Shown here: positions 27,501 to 38,060 of the stretch, piece after piece
How positions within the stretch are numbered: the stretch's first letter is position 1
How the letters are laid out: each line of letters begins with the position of its first letter
From: Eledone cirrhosa
Taxonomy: Eukaryota
Direction of reading: 5' to 3'
DNA length: 64,000 nt
Assembly (NCBI GenBank): GCA_964016885.1
Contig: OZ024745.1
Coordinates: 3,472,001-3,536,000 of the forward strand
Translations under genes and position numbers: made by a program
Notes under the pieces: generated by a model
What the model saw: the letters and a program-made list of their open reading frames with translations, nothing else
Databases searched by the model: none
What the model was told of the DNA's origin: nothing

Positions 27501-30500
27501 AAAGAAGTGCATAGAGAGGGGGGGGGTAGGAACTGAGGGTCGCATGGTAAATAACTGATAGAGATACAATAGGATTAGAATACCGCATGGTAAATATCCA
27601 AGTTAATAAGTTAATACTACATCAGTAAAATTAACAATAACGTCATGAAAAACTACTAAGAGAAACCCTCGAAAATTTATCGCTAATACAGCAGGGAAAA
27701 TTTAACGCTAATACAGCAGGGAACATCATAATATTAACGACAATATGTAGGCTAAAATACCTTCGTAGATTAGATGGATGGCTGGAAAAATTAGAATCAG
27801 CTCTAGTGATACATTTTAGCAGAGAAGAATGGGAAAGTGTCTTATCTCTTCAATATTTTCAGATTGAATGAATTAGGTTAAAGACAGGGTAGTAGCCTTA
27901 AAGAAGTGCATAGAGAGGGGGGGGGGTAGGAACTGAGGGTCGCATGGTAAATAACTGAGAGAGATACAATATGATTAGAATACCGCATGGTAAATATCCA
28001 AGTTAATAAGTTAATACTACATCAGTAAAATTAACAATAACGTCATGAAAAACTACTAAGAGAAACCCTCGAAAATTTATCGCTAATACAGCAGGGAAAA
28101 TTTAACGCTAATACAGCAGGGAACATCATAATATTAACGACAATATGTAGGCTAAAATACCTTCGTAGATTAGATGGATGGCTGGAAAAATTGGAATCAG
28201 CTCTAGTGATACATTTTAGCAGAGAAGAATGGGAAAGTGTCTTATCTCTTCAATATTTTCAGATTGAATGAATTAGGTTAAAGACAGGGTAGTAGCTTTA
28301 AAGAAGTGCATAGAGAGGGGGGGTAGGAACTGAGGGTCGCATGGTAAATAACTGAGAGAGATACAATAGGATTAGAATACCGCATGGTAAATATCCAAGT
28401 TAATAAGTTAATACTACATCAGTCAAATTAACAATAACGTCATGAAAAACTACTAAGAGAAACCCTCGAAAATTTATCGCTAATACAGCAGGGAAAATTT
28501 AACGCTAATACAGCAGGGAACATCATAATATTAACGACAATATGTAGGCTAAAATACCTTCGTAGATTAGATGGATGGCTGGAAAAATTGGAATCAGCTC
28601 TAGTGATACATTTTAGCAGAGAAGAATGGGAAAGTGTCTTATCTCTTCAATATTTCAGATTGAATGAATTAGGTGAAAGACAGGGTAGTAGCCTTAAAGA
28701 AGTGCATAGAGAGGGGGGGGTAGGAACTGAGGGTCGCATGGTAAATAACTGAGAGAGATACAATAGGATTAGAATACCGCATGGTAAATATCCAAGTTAA
28801 TAAGTTAATACTACATCAATAAAATTAACAATAATAACGTCATGAAAAACTACTAAGAGAAACCCTCGAAAATTTATCGCTAATACAGCAGGGAAAATTT
28901 AACGCTAATACAGCAGGGAACATCATAATATTAACGACAATATGTAGGCTAAAATACCTTCGTAGATTAGATGGATGGAAAAATTGGAATCAGCTCTAGT
29001 GATACATTTTAGCAGAGAAGAATGGGAAAGTGTCTTATCTCTTCAATATTTTCAGATTGAATGAATTAGGTTAAAGACAGGGTAGTAGCCTTAAAGAAGT
29101 GCATAGAGAGGGGGGGGGTAGGAACTGAGGGTCGCATGGTAAATAACTGAGAGAGATACAATAGGATTAGAATACCGCATGTTAAATATCCAAGTTAATA
29201 AGTTAATACTACATCAGTAAAATTAACAATAATAACGTCATGAAAAACTACTAAGAGAAACCCTCGAAAATTTATCGCTAATACAGCAGGGAAAATTTAA
29301 CGCTAATACAGCAGGGAACATCATAATATTAACGACAATATGTAGGCTAAAATACCTTCGTAGATTAGATGGATGGCTGGAAAAATTGGAATCAGCTCTA
29401 GTGATACATTTTAGCAGAGAAGAATGGGAAAGTGTCTTATCTCTTCGATATTTTCAGATTGAATGAATTAGGTTAAAGACAGGGTAGTAGCCTTAAAGAA
29501 GTGCATAGAGAGGGGGGGGGTTAGGAACTGAGGGTCGCATGGTAAATAACTGAGAGAGATACAATAGGATTAGAATACCGCATGGTAAATATCCAAGTTA
29601 ATAAGTTAATACTACATCAGTAAAATTAACAATAACGTCATGAAAAACTACTAAGAGAAACCCTCGAAAATTTATCGCTAATACAGCAGGGAAAATTTAA
29701 CGCTAATACAGCAGGGAACATAATAATATTAACGACAATATGTAGGCTAAAATACCTTCGTAGATTAGATGGATGGCTGGAAAAATTGGAATCAGCTCTA
29801 GTGATACATTTTAGCAGAGAAGAATGGGAAAGTGTCTTATCTCTTCAATATTTCAGATTGAATGAATTAGGTTAAAGACAGGGTAGTAGCCTTAAAGAAG
29901 TGCATAGAGAGGGGGGGGTAGGAACTGAGGGTCGCATGGTAAATAACTGAGAGAGATACAATAGGATTAGAATACCGCATGGTAAATATCCAAGTTAATA
30001 AGTTAATACTACATCAGTAAAATTAACAATAATAACGTCATGAAAAACTACTAAGAGAAACCCTCGAAAATTTATCGCTAATACAGCAGGGAAAATTTAA
30101 CGGTAATACAGCAGGGAACATCATAATATTAACGACAATATGTAGGCTAAAATACCTTCGTAGATTAGATGGATGGCTGGAAAAATTGGAATCAGCTCTA
30201 GTGATACATTTTAGCAGAGAAGAATGGGAAAGTGTCTTATCTCTTCAATATTTTCAGATTGAATGAATTAGGTTAAAGACAGGGTAGTAGCTTTAAAGAA
30301 GTGCATAGAGAGGGGGGGTAGGAACTGAGGGTCGCATGGTAAATAACTGAGAGAGATACAATAGGATTAGAATACCGCATGGTAAATATCCAAGTTAATA
30401 AGTTAATACTACATCAGTAAAATTAACAATAATAACGTCATGAAAAACTACTAAGAGAAACCCTCGAAAATTTATCGCTAATACAGCAGGGAAAATTTAA

Positions 30501-30837
30501 CGCTAATACAGCAGGGAACATCATAATATTAACGACAATATGTAGGCTAAAATACCTTCGTAGATTAGATGGATGGCTGGAAAAATTGGAATCAGCTCTA
30601 GTGATACATTTTAGCAGAGAAGAATGGGAAAGTGTCTTATCTCTTCAATATTTTCAGATTGAATGAATTAGGTTAAAGACAGGGTAGTAGCCTTAAAGAA
30701 GTGCATAGAGAGGGGGGGTAGGAACTGAGGGTCGCATGGTAAATAACTGAGAGAGATACAATAGGATTAGAATACCGCATGGTAAATATCCAAGTTAATA
30801 AGTTAATACTACATCAGTAAAATTAACAATAATAACG
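6531..30837. repeat. tandem array of ~61 copies of a ~393-402 bp unit
   Basis: GTAGGAACTGAGGGTCGCATGG recurs at 6881, 7281, 7682 ... 30318, 30718. Each unit carries a duplicated CGCTAATACAGCAGGG, a duplicated CGCATGGTAAATA and a variable G-run. Confidence 0.99.
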
Positions 30838-30880
30838 ATTATATATATATATATTATATATATATATATTATATATATAC
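30838..30880. repeat. imperfect (TA)n tract
   Basis: Direct reading. Confidence 0.95.
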
Positions 30881-33800
30881 ATAACTTTGAATAACTTTGA
30901 AATGTTTTGGCCAGTATTGGCCCAGGCCATGTCTAACTTAATAGCAGCACCTGGCGAAGTCTTTCAATTCAGGATTTGGGCGCCATGGCCCATTCGAGAA
31001 GAGAATTACTGTTTGCGGAGACATATCCGGGTGTGGGTGGTTTGTCCGGGATTACTTGGAGGAATTTGTCCAAAGACTTCTTGAATTTTGTGTGGTCAGT
31101 TTCTGTTTTGACGTGACCTAGTGTGATGTTGAAGAGAGCAGGGCCAATTGAGGTGAAATAATTGTGCCGTATTGTTGTTATGAGTTGCGATTTAGATTTT
31201 TGTTTGGGACGGATAGCAAGGGGCCCAAGCCTTGGGTGTAATTTGAAGGTGATGCCAACATCATTTGGGCAGTGATGATGAAACATTTTCCACATCATGC
31301 AGATAATATAACGCTCACGGCGACGTTGGAGTGAGTAAAGTTTCAGCTTTTCTAGTCGACCCCAGTAGTCAAGGTCTGACATGCCATCTATCTTTTTCGT
31401 GATTGCCCTTTGGGGAGCTTCAAGTTTCATGATACTTTGTTTCGTGTGGGGAGACCACAGTGAACAACAGTATTCAAGGTGTGGTCGGGCAAAAGTAGAG
31501 AAGGATAATGGTGTGGGAATCTCTCGACTGGAAGGTTCTGAGGATCCAGGAACACATTCTGCGGGCCATGTCAACTTTGCTGCTTATATGCGTGGTCCAG
31601 CTTATGTTGCTGTCCACGGTTACTCCCAAGTCTCTGATGTTGTTAGATGCCACGAGAGTTTCACCGGAGGGAAGGGAGTACGGGAGTTTCAGAGCATCCT
31701 CTTTTCCAAAGTGGATCAGTTCGAATTTGTCTTCGTTCAGTAACATGTTGTTCTTTTCCGCCCATTGGGTAACAGCCAGTAGGTCTGACTGAAGGCTTAT
31801 CCGGTCATCCACGCCATTGATGACCTTTTGGAGCTTGGAATCATCAGCGAAAATTCTAATGTTGCTGTGTTTGATGATGTCAGTGATGTTATTAATATAG
31901 ATGATGAAGAGAAGTGGGCCCAACACAGTGCCTTGTGGGACCCCACTACTGACTTTGGCTGGACTGGATTTGACTCCTTCGACTACAACATGTTGGGTTC
32001 TGTTTGACAGGAAGCTCTTGATCCACTGCAGCAGCTTTCCAGTGACACCAATATTGGACAGCTTTCTCAGTAGAATGTTGTGATCAACCCTGTCAAAGGC
32101 CTTGCTGAAATCAAGGTAGATAACATCAGTGTTGGAACCCTCTCCCAAGGCTCTCAAAATGTCATCAAAGTGATGCAATAGCTGCGTCAGGCAATCCCTT
32201 CCATTACGGAATCCATGCTGGTTGGAGTTCAGCATATTGTTACTCTCAAGGAAGTGAGTCATTCGCGATCTCACCACTCTCTCAAATACCTTAATGATAT
32301 GAGAGGTGAGTGAGATTGGACGGTAATTCACGGCAAGGGATTTGTTTCCTTTTTTGAAAACTGGGACAACAGACTGGGATAGAAGGTTTTCTGGCACATA
32401 TCCAGCATCCAGTGAGTTCCGCCACAGATTGGCAAGAGGAGATGCAAGTTGGTGTTGACACGCCTTCAAGACACAAGCAGGGAACCTATCGGGACCTACT
32501 ACTGAATTATACTTGATTTCCTTTATTGCCGCTAAGACATCAGGGGCGCCAAACGTTATGTCCGATAAGGTGTAATAGGGAGTAACATTGCCGATACAGC
32601 CCAGATCGGCCATATCAGGATTGCTGAAAACAGAGCAGTATTGTTTCTGCAGTATCTCACCCATGGTTTTAGCATTGTCTTGAAGAGTGCCATTTTCATC
32701 AATTAGAGGGCCAACAGTGGAGCCAGTGATTTTGTGTTTTTTTGCAAATGAAAAGAACACTTTGGGATTGAGTTTGATCTTCTCAATGGCCCAGGCCTCT
32801 TCAGCTCTTCTCTGATTGTTGATGATAGGCATCATATTGTTTTGGAGGTTATGTTTTTTAATCTCTAGTGATGAAATGGCAGTCAAGTTGATGTGTTGCT
32901 GCTGACAGTATTTCAGCTTGTTGATTTTTTTGTTCGTTCTCTTAATTTTCCTGATGAGCGTTTTTCTATTTCTAGGGATTCTGCTCTTAGATTTGTTTAT
33001 AGTTCTTAATGGGGTGTGTTTTGCACATATGTTTGTAACAGTGTCTACAAATTTCTGCCAGGACTTTTTGATGTTAGTGGGTGTATGAGTGTGCGTGAAG
33101 GACCAGTCGACATGTGCAAGATCATGACTGATCGCTTCCCAGTTTGCATTGTGGAAATCCATAGCGTCAAACGGATGGACAGGAGAGATGACATTGGGTT
33201 TGTATATTGGACGGTGGAATCTCAGATCACAGAGAACCATGTCATGATCAGAGAGTAGAGTTTTCTCCACTGCAATATTGTGGATATTGTCAGTGTGATT
33301 GCTGAAAATTAAGTCTAGGACGTTTTTGTGGCACCTCGTTGGTTCGAGCACCAGTTGGGACAGGAAGAAATCATCCATGAAGTCAAGAAGCGATTCCACT
33401 GCTTCCCTGTCAGAGGTTGAGGCTGAAGAACCTGGAGGCAGGCTGTTTGTGGACCAGTCAACTCCGGGGAGGTTGAAGTTCCCCATCATTAAAATGTTGT
33501 CAGGGTGACACTCTTGGATGAAACACTTTATGCTGTTGAGGCATTCCTTGAAGCATGGTACAGGCGTTTGGGGTGGCCTATAGAGCCCAACTACTATTAG
33601 GTTGTTGGTTTGACTGAATACAGTGACTGCTTCGCAGTATCCATTAGTAAATATGTTCATAGCCTCTGTTGAGAAAGAATTATGGACATAAATGGCAGTC
33701 CCACCCTTTCTTCTGCCAGCGCGATCAGCACGGATGACTTTGAAATTTTTCACTTTCACCTCGGCTTCCAAGTGGAGGTTGCTGAGATGGGTTTCAGTGA

Positions 33801-34165
33801 GGACGAAGAAAGGGATGTGGTTTGGATGGACATCAACCCAGTCCTCCAGGAATTTGATCTTCCATTTTTGAATATTGGTGGAAGAGCTGATGCCTTGGGC
33901 GTTAAGCAAAAATGTTGAGGCGAGAGTGGATGGTTTTAATTGTTTTGGTGTGTTGTTAATTTATTTGTTTGTTAATGGCAGCAGTGGGGTGATAGTGGAG
34001 GGTGGTGCTGGGTGATAGCTCGAATGTTTTTTTCCAGTTCTTTTGCCAGATTCATTATGGCTAAAAAAGAGAAAGAAGTTTCATGTTTAGAAGACTGTTG
34101 GTGACTGTGGTAGTGGTTTTTTTTATGTAGGTTATGGTTTTTGTTTTTGCTTTTATTTTTATTTT
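30881..34165 (-). mobile_element. CR1-group LINE, family C copy 1 (5'-truncated within a probable ORF1 tail)
   Basis: 3' end (TTCAAAGTTA)x2 identical to that of the copy at 60388-61490. APE-RT ORF2 with CR1-like C-terminus ([30 protein letters not shown]). Confidence 0.88.
30969..33909 (-). pseudogene. CR1-group ORF2 (APE + RT), frameshifted
   Basis: [51 protein letters not shown] 5-bp loss from a CTTCT repeat near 31500, relative to the copy at ~60862, splits it into ORFs 31474-33909 and 30969-31574. Confidence 0.92.
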
Positions 34166-34204
34166 ATATATATATATATTATATATATATATATATATTA
34201 TATA

Positions 34205-34282
<78 letters not shown>

Positions 34283-34327
34283 ATACATATATATATATAT
34301 ATTATATATATATATTATATATATATT
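34166..34327. repeat. imperfect (TA)n tract with TTA interruptions
   Basis: Direct reading. Confidence 0.97.
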
Positions 34328-34724
34328 ATCATCATCATCATCATCATCATCAGGTTTAGCGTCCGTGTTCCACGCTTGCATGGGTTTGGACGGGGGTTTT
34401 CCCACTTGAGGCAAGAGTGGTTGTCTTGCTCGCATAGGACTGTCTGGCGGGTTTTCTACAGTTGGATGCCCTTCCTAACACCAACCACATTTACAGTGTG
34501 GGGCTGGGAGGTTTTTACCGTGTTGCCTACACGGCCACATTTACAGCGTGGACTGTGTGTTTTTTGTCGTGACACCTACACGATCTCATTTGTTTCGGCC
34601 TGGGTGTTGTGGGACCAACATAACTTTACATTGAAAGGGGCGGTGTGGGTGGGGTGGAGGTGGTGGGACGGGGGTGTGTTTTGATAGAGATGCCTACTGA
34701 CTGTAGTAGGTTTTTACTTTGTAT

Positions 34725-37700
34725 TTAGGTAAGGCGGGTCTTCTCTATTACTGAGTACCGCCAAAGGTCTCGGTCCAGTGACATTGTCTTGGAGAGGTGT
34801 AAGCGTGTGAGGTCGGAATTTATCAGCTCGTCCCATGTTTTTCTGGGTCTGCCTACTCCGTGGCTACCGTCTATCTTTATTGCCCTGCACTTTGTTATAC
34901 AGCTGTCGTCTTTCATGCGCATCACGTGACCGTACCAACGTAGCCTTCTCTCGAGTAAACAACACTTGATCCCTCTTATTTCTAATTTTTTCCTTAGTTC
35001 GTTTATGCTTTGCCGTTCACGTATATTACTATTGCACATCCAGCGGAGCATGCAAGCTTCGTTCCTCTCTAGTCTGCGTATATCCTCTGCACACAATGCC
35101 CAGGTCTCACTGCCATGCAGCATTGCTGTTCGTATGCAGGCATCGTATAACCTGCCTTTCATTTTTAGGGAGAACCCTCTAGCGGCTAATAGTGGTATAA
35201 GCTCTCTGAACTTTTTCCATCCAGTTCTGACTCTAGCTACTGTACTTTCAGAGCACCCTCCCCCACTGCTGATTTTGTCACCCAGATAACGGAAGCTGTC
35301 CACTATTTCTATAGAACCCTCTGCGCAGTTGAAGGAGCTAGTATTTTGTGGGCACTTGCTGCTACTTATTGCACCAGAGCACCGGCCACATGTAAAATCT
35401 ATGTTCTTAGTTAGCTTACCTGTGATCCCACTACATCTTTTATGCACCCATACTTTGCATTTGGGACATAAAATGGAGTTTCTACCTACGCCTTTCCTAC
35501 ACACTGAGCATGGCCATTTCCCCGATGGGACCGCCGCCTTATTTTCTTTCCTACAAACTAGAACTTTAGTCTTAGCCAGGTTAATTTTAAGGCCTTTTGA
35601 TTCTAGGCCGTGCTTCCACGTTTGGAATTTCTTCTCTAGTTCGGTCATTGATTCAGCTATGAGCGTTAGATCATCTGCGTATAGGAGTTCCCATGGGCAG
35701 CCGGTCTTGAACTCCTCTGTTATAGCCTGAAGGGCAATAATAAATAGTAGGGGGCTAAGTACAGAGCCCTGATGGACACCAACTTTTACGCTAAACTCTT
35801 CACTATATTCGTTGTTAATTCTAACCTTACTGACTGTTTCTTTATACATGGCTTGTATAGCTCTCACAAGCCATTCGTCAACACCTAGTTTTCTAAGAGA
35901 CCACCAGATAATGGAACGGGGGACTCTGTCGAAGGCTTTCTCCAAGTCGACAAAAGCTAAGTATAGGGGTTTACTTTTAGCTAGGTACTTCTCCTGTAGT
36001 TGTCGTACAATGAAAAGAGCGTCTGTGGTACTTTTGCCTGACACAAACCCGAACTGCATTTCATCTAGATCAATTCTCTCTCTGATTAGTTGCGCTATTA
36101 CTTTTTCCGTGACCTTCATGACCTGGTCGATTAATTTAATGCCTCTATAGTTACTCCTATCTAGGGCATCTCCTTTTCCCTTATAGCAGTTAACGATGAT
36201 GCTGCTACGCCATTCCTTCGGAACAACCCCATTCTGTACGACTTGGTTAACTATCCGGGTGACCATGGTGTGTCCCACCGAACCAGATGCCTTCAGCATC
36301 TCAGCAACTATTTCCGAAGGCCCAGCCGCCTTACCCGTCTTCATATCTTTGATTGCCTTACTTATTATACTACCTTCAACTAACACTGCTGGTCCCTCTA
36401 TTGGATCGATCTGGGGGAGACTGTCTTTCTCCCATTTGTTCTCCTCATTTAGAAGCCTTTCGTAGTGACACTTCCAAGCTACCTTCTTATCAGCGTCGGT
36501 GATGGCAAGTATGCCATCATCGTTAAGTACACACTTCTCCCCGACAATATCACGGTTTTCCTTGACACATTGCCTGGCAATCCTGAACACCTCACGTTTT
36601 TGGTCCTCACGTTGTAGAACATGCTTGAACTTTCTTTCCTCTGCTTCCCTTCTTGCGAAGTACACTTGTCTCCTAGCTTCCCTCCTGGCCACTTGATAGT
36701 CTTCTCTACTTCCCCTATCCCGCCATACTTTCCAAGCCTGCTTTTTGGCCTTAATTGACTCCTCCACCTTACTGTTCCACCACCATGTTACTCTCCTCCT
36801 ACCTACAGGCCTGCTCCAGCCACAGACTTCGTCTGCCGCCGTCAGCAGGTTTGCTCTCAGGAATTCCCACTGTTCCTCTATATTATACGACTCTAATTGC
36901 TCTTCCTTACTGTCGAAAGCGTCAAGTAATTTGCTTTGAAATTTATTTCTGGCTATGGGGTCCTTTAGCTTCCATATTTTTCTCCTGAGGATAGTCCTCT
37001 TCCGCTGTCTAGTACGTCTCGTCCTGACTATGAGGTCGCTAATTATCAGTCTATGTTGGGAGGTGAATTCTTCATGGGGGTGGGATTTAGTGTTAACAAC
37101 AGACACTCTGTCACGTCTTCTGGTAAGGATATAATCTACCTGGCTTGTGTGTTCCCCCGATCTATAGGTGATCAAGTGATTGTCTCGTTTTTTGAAGTTA
37201 GTGTTACAGATAGTTAAGTTATTTGCGTCGCAGAATTCCAGGATTCTGGAGCCTTCCTCATTTCTAGTACCGAACCCATAGCCTCCATGGATTCCGTCAT
37301 AGCCGTCACAATGTTGTCCAACGTGACCATTTAGGTCGCCTGCAATAACTATATAGTCACTGTCGGTTATTTGGGAGGTAGCGAGCATCAGTGTCTCGTA
37401 GAATCTGTCTTTTATAGCGCGGGGCAGTCCGGATTGGGGTGCGTACGCAGATATTACTGTCACCGTAGTTTTATTGAGGACAAGTCTTATTTTAATTATT
37501 CTGTCGTTCACTCTATTTACGTCTATTATCTTATCTGCCCACTTTTCTGCTACCATGATTCCTACCCCACCCAACCCATTGTCATTTCCCACCCAGAAAA
37601 GCTTATAGCATCGTTCTTTACCCACGATGAATCTAGCCGACCCTCCCCTCCACCTGGTCTCTTGAATACAACAAACATCGACCTCCTTACGTTCAAGCAT

Positions 37701-37745
37701 TTCTACAACCTCGTTAGAGCGACCCTTTAAGGTGCCTACATTCAT
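34725..37745 (-). CDS. RTE-A APE endonuclease + reverse transcriptase + PHD-type finger (1006 aa; true start probably ATG 37957, upstream of a homopolymer frameshift)
   Basis: All APE and RT motifs are present (QET, YAP, GDLNGH, QFGF, DLEKAFD, YADD, YLG), with an RTE-type C-terminus [16 protein letters not shown]. Confidence 0.95.
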   Translation of the reverse strand: MNVGTLKGRSNEVVEMLERKEVDVCCIQETRWRGGSARFIVGKERCYKLFWVGNDNGLGGVGIMVAEKWADKIIDVNRVNDRIIKIRLVLNKTTVTVISAYAPQSGLPRAIKDRFYETLMLATSQITDSDYIVIAGDLNGHVGQHCDGYDGIHGGYGFGTRNEEGSRILEFCDANNLTICNTNFKKRDNHLITYRSGEHTSQVDYILTRRRDRVSVVNTKSHPHEEFTSQHRLIISDLIVRTRRTRQRKRTILRRKIWKLKDPIARNKFQSKLLDAFDSKEEQLESYNIEEQWEFLRANLLTAADEVCGWSRPVGRRRVTWWWNSKVEESIKAKKQAWKVWRDRGSREDYQVARREARRQVYFARREAEERKFKHVLQREDQKREVFRIARQCVKENRDIVGEKCVLNDDGILAITDADKKVAWKCHYERLLNEENKWEKDSLPQIDPIEGPAVLVEGSIISKAIKDMKTGKAAGPSEIVAEMLKASGSVGHTMVTRIVNQVVQNGVVPKEWRSSIIVNCYKGKGDALDRSNYRGIKLIDQVMKVTEKVIAQLIRERIDLDEMQFGFVSGKSTTDALFIVRQLQEKYLAKSKPLYLAFVDLEKAFDRVPRSIIWWSLRKLGVDEWLVRAIQAMYKETVSKVRINNEYSEEFSVKVGVHQGSVLSPLLFIIALQAITEEFKTGCPWELLYADDLTLIAESMTELEKKFQTWKHGLESKGLKINLAKTKVLVCRKENKAAVPSGKWPCSVCRKGVGRNSILCPKCKVWVHKRCSGITGKLTKNIDFTCGRCSGAISSSKCPQNTSSFNCAEGSIEIVDSFRYLGDKISSGGGCSESTVARVRTGWKKFRELIPLLAARGFSLKMKGRLYDACIRTAMLHGSETWALCAEDIRRLERNEACMLRWMCNSNIRERQSINELRKKLEIRGIKCCLLERRLRWYGHVMRMKDDSCITKCRAIKIDGSHGVGRPRKTWDELINSDLTRLHLSKTMSLDRDLWRYSVIEKTRLT

Positions 37746-38060
37746 GGTACCAACTCTGAAGTTTTGGATTGCGTTTGGAGGGTGGGAGCGGTGGGGCGCG
37801 GGGGGGATGGGGTTATGTTAGCCATCCTGGGCCGAAACAAGGAGGAGTGCTTGCATTCTCGTCCACGAGGTGAATTTGGCTTTATCTTTGGCATTGTCGC
37901 TGAGCGTCCACATTTTTCTCTCTTCAACTCTCCAGAATTCCGTAGTCCATCCATCATATCGAAAAGCAACCAGTTAAGCGATAGTATGGGCCTCTGACTT
38001 ATGATTGGTCCACGTAATAATGGTGGTGCGTGGGGGCGGGAGGGAGGGATGATGGGTTGT

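Larger units (their letters stand above)
2855..30837 (-). mobile_element. RTE-clade LINE, family B copy 1, 5'-complete, including a 24-kb 5' tandem array
   Basis: (CAT)n tail 2855-2885, 3' hairpin 2894-2926, ORF 3169-6288, unique 5' leader 6289-6530. The leader runs into the ~400-bp array without intervening TA, and the array ends at a TA tract at 30838. Confidence 0.85.

Noticed and set aside
6531-30837. CRISPR-like or guide-RNA array next to an RT
   Set aside because: Units are near-identical along their whole length, with no unique spacers, and there are no cas-like genes. The context is a eukaryotic LINE.
2826-30880. Target-site duplications
   Set aside because: Both flanks of every element are (TA)n, so TSDs cannot be distinguished.
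37742-37969. Separate short ORF1 with an ATGA stop-start overlap
   Set aside because: In copy 1 the same sequence is in frame with the main ORF, so a 1-nt homopolymer indel explains it better.
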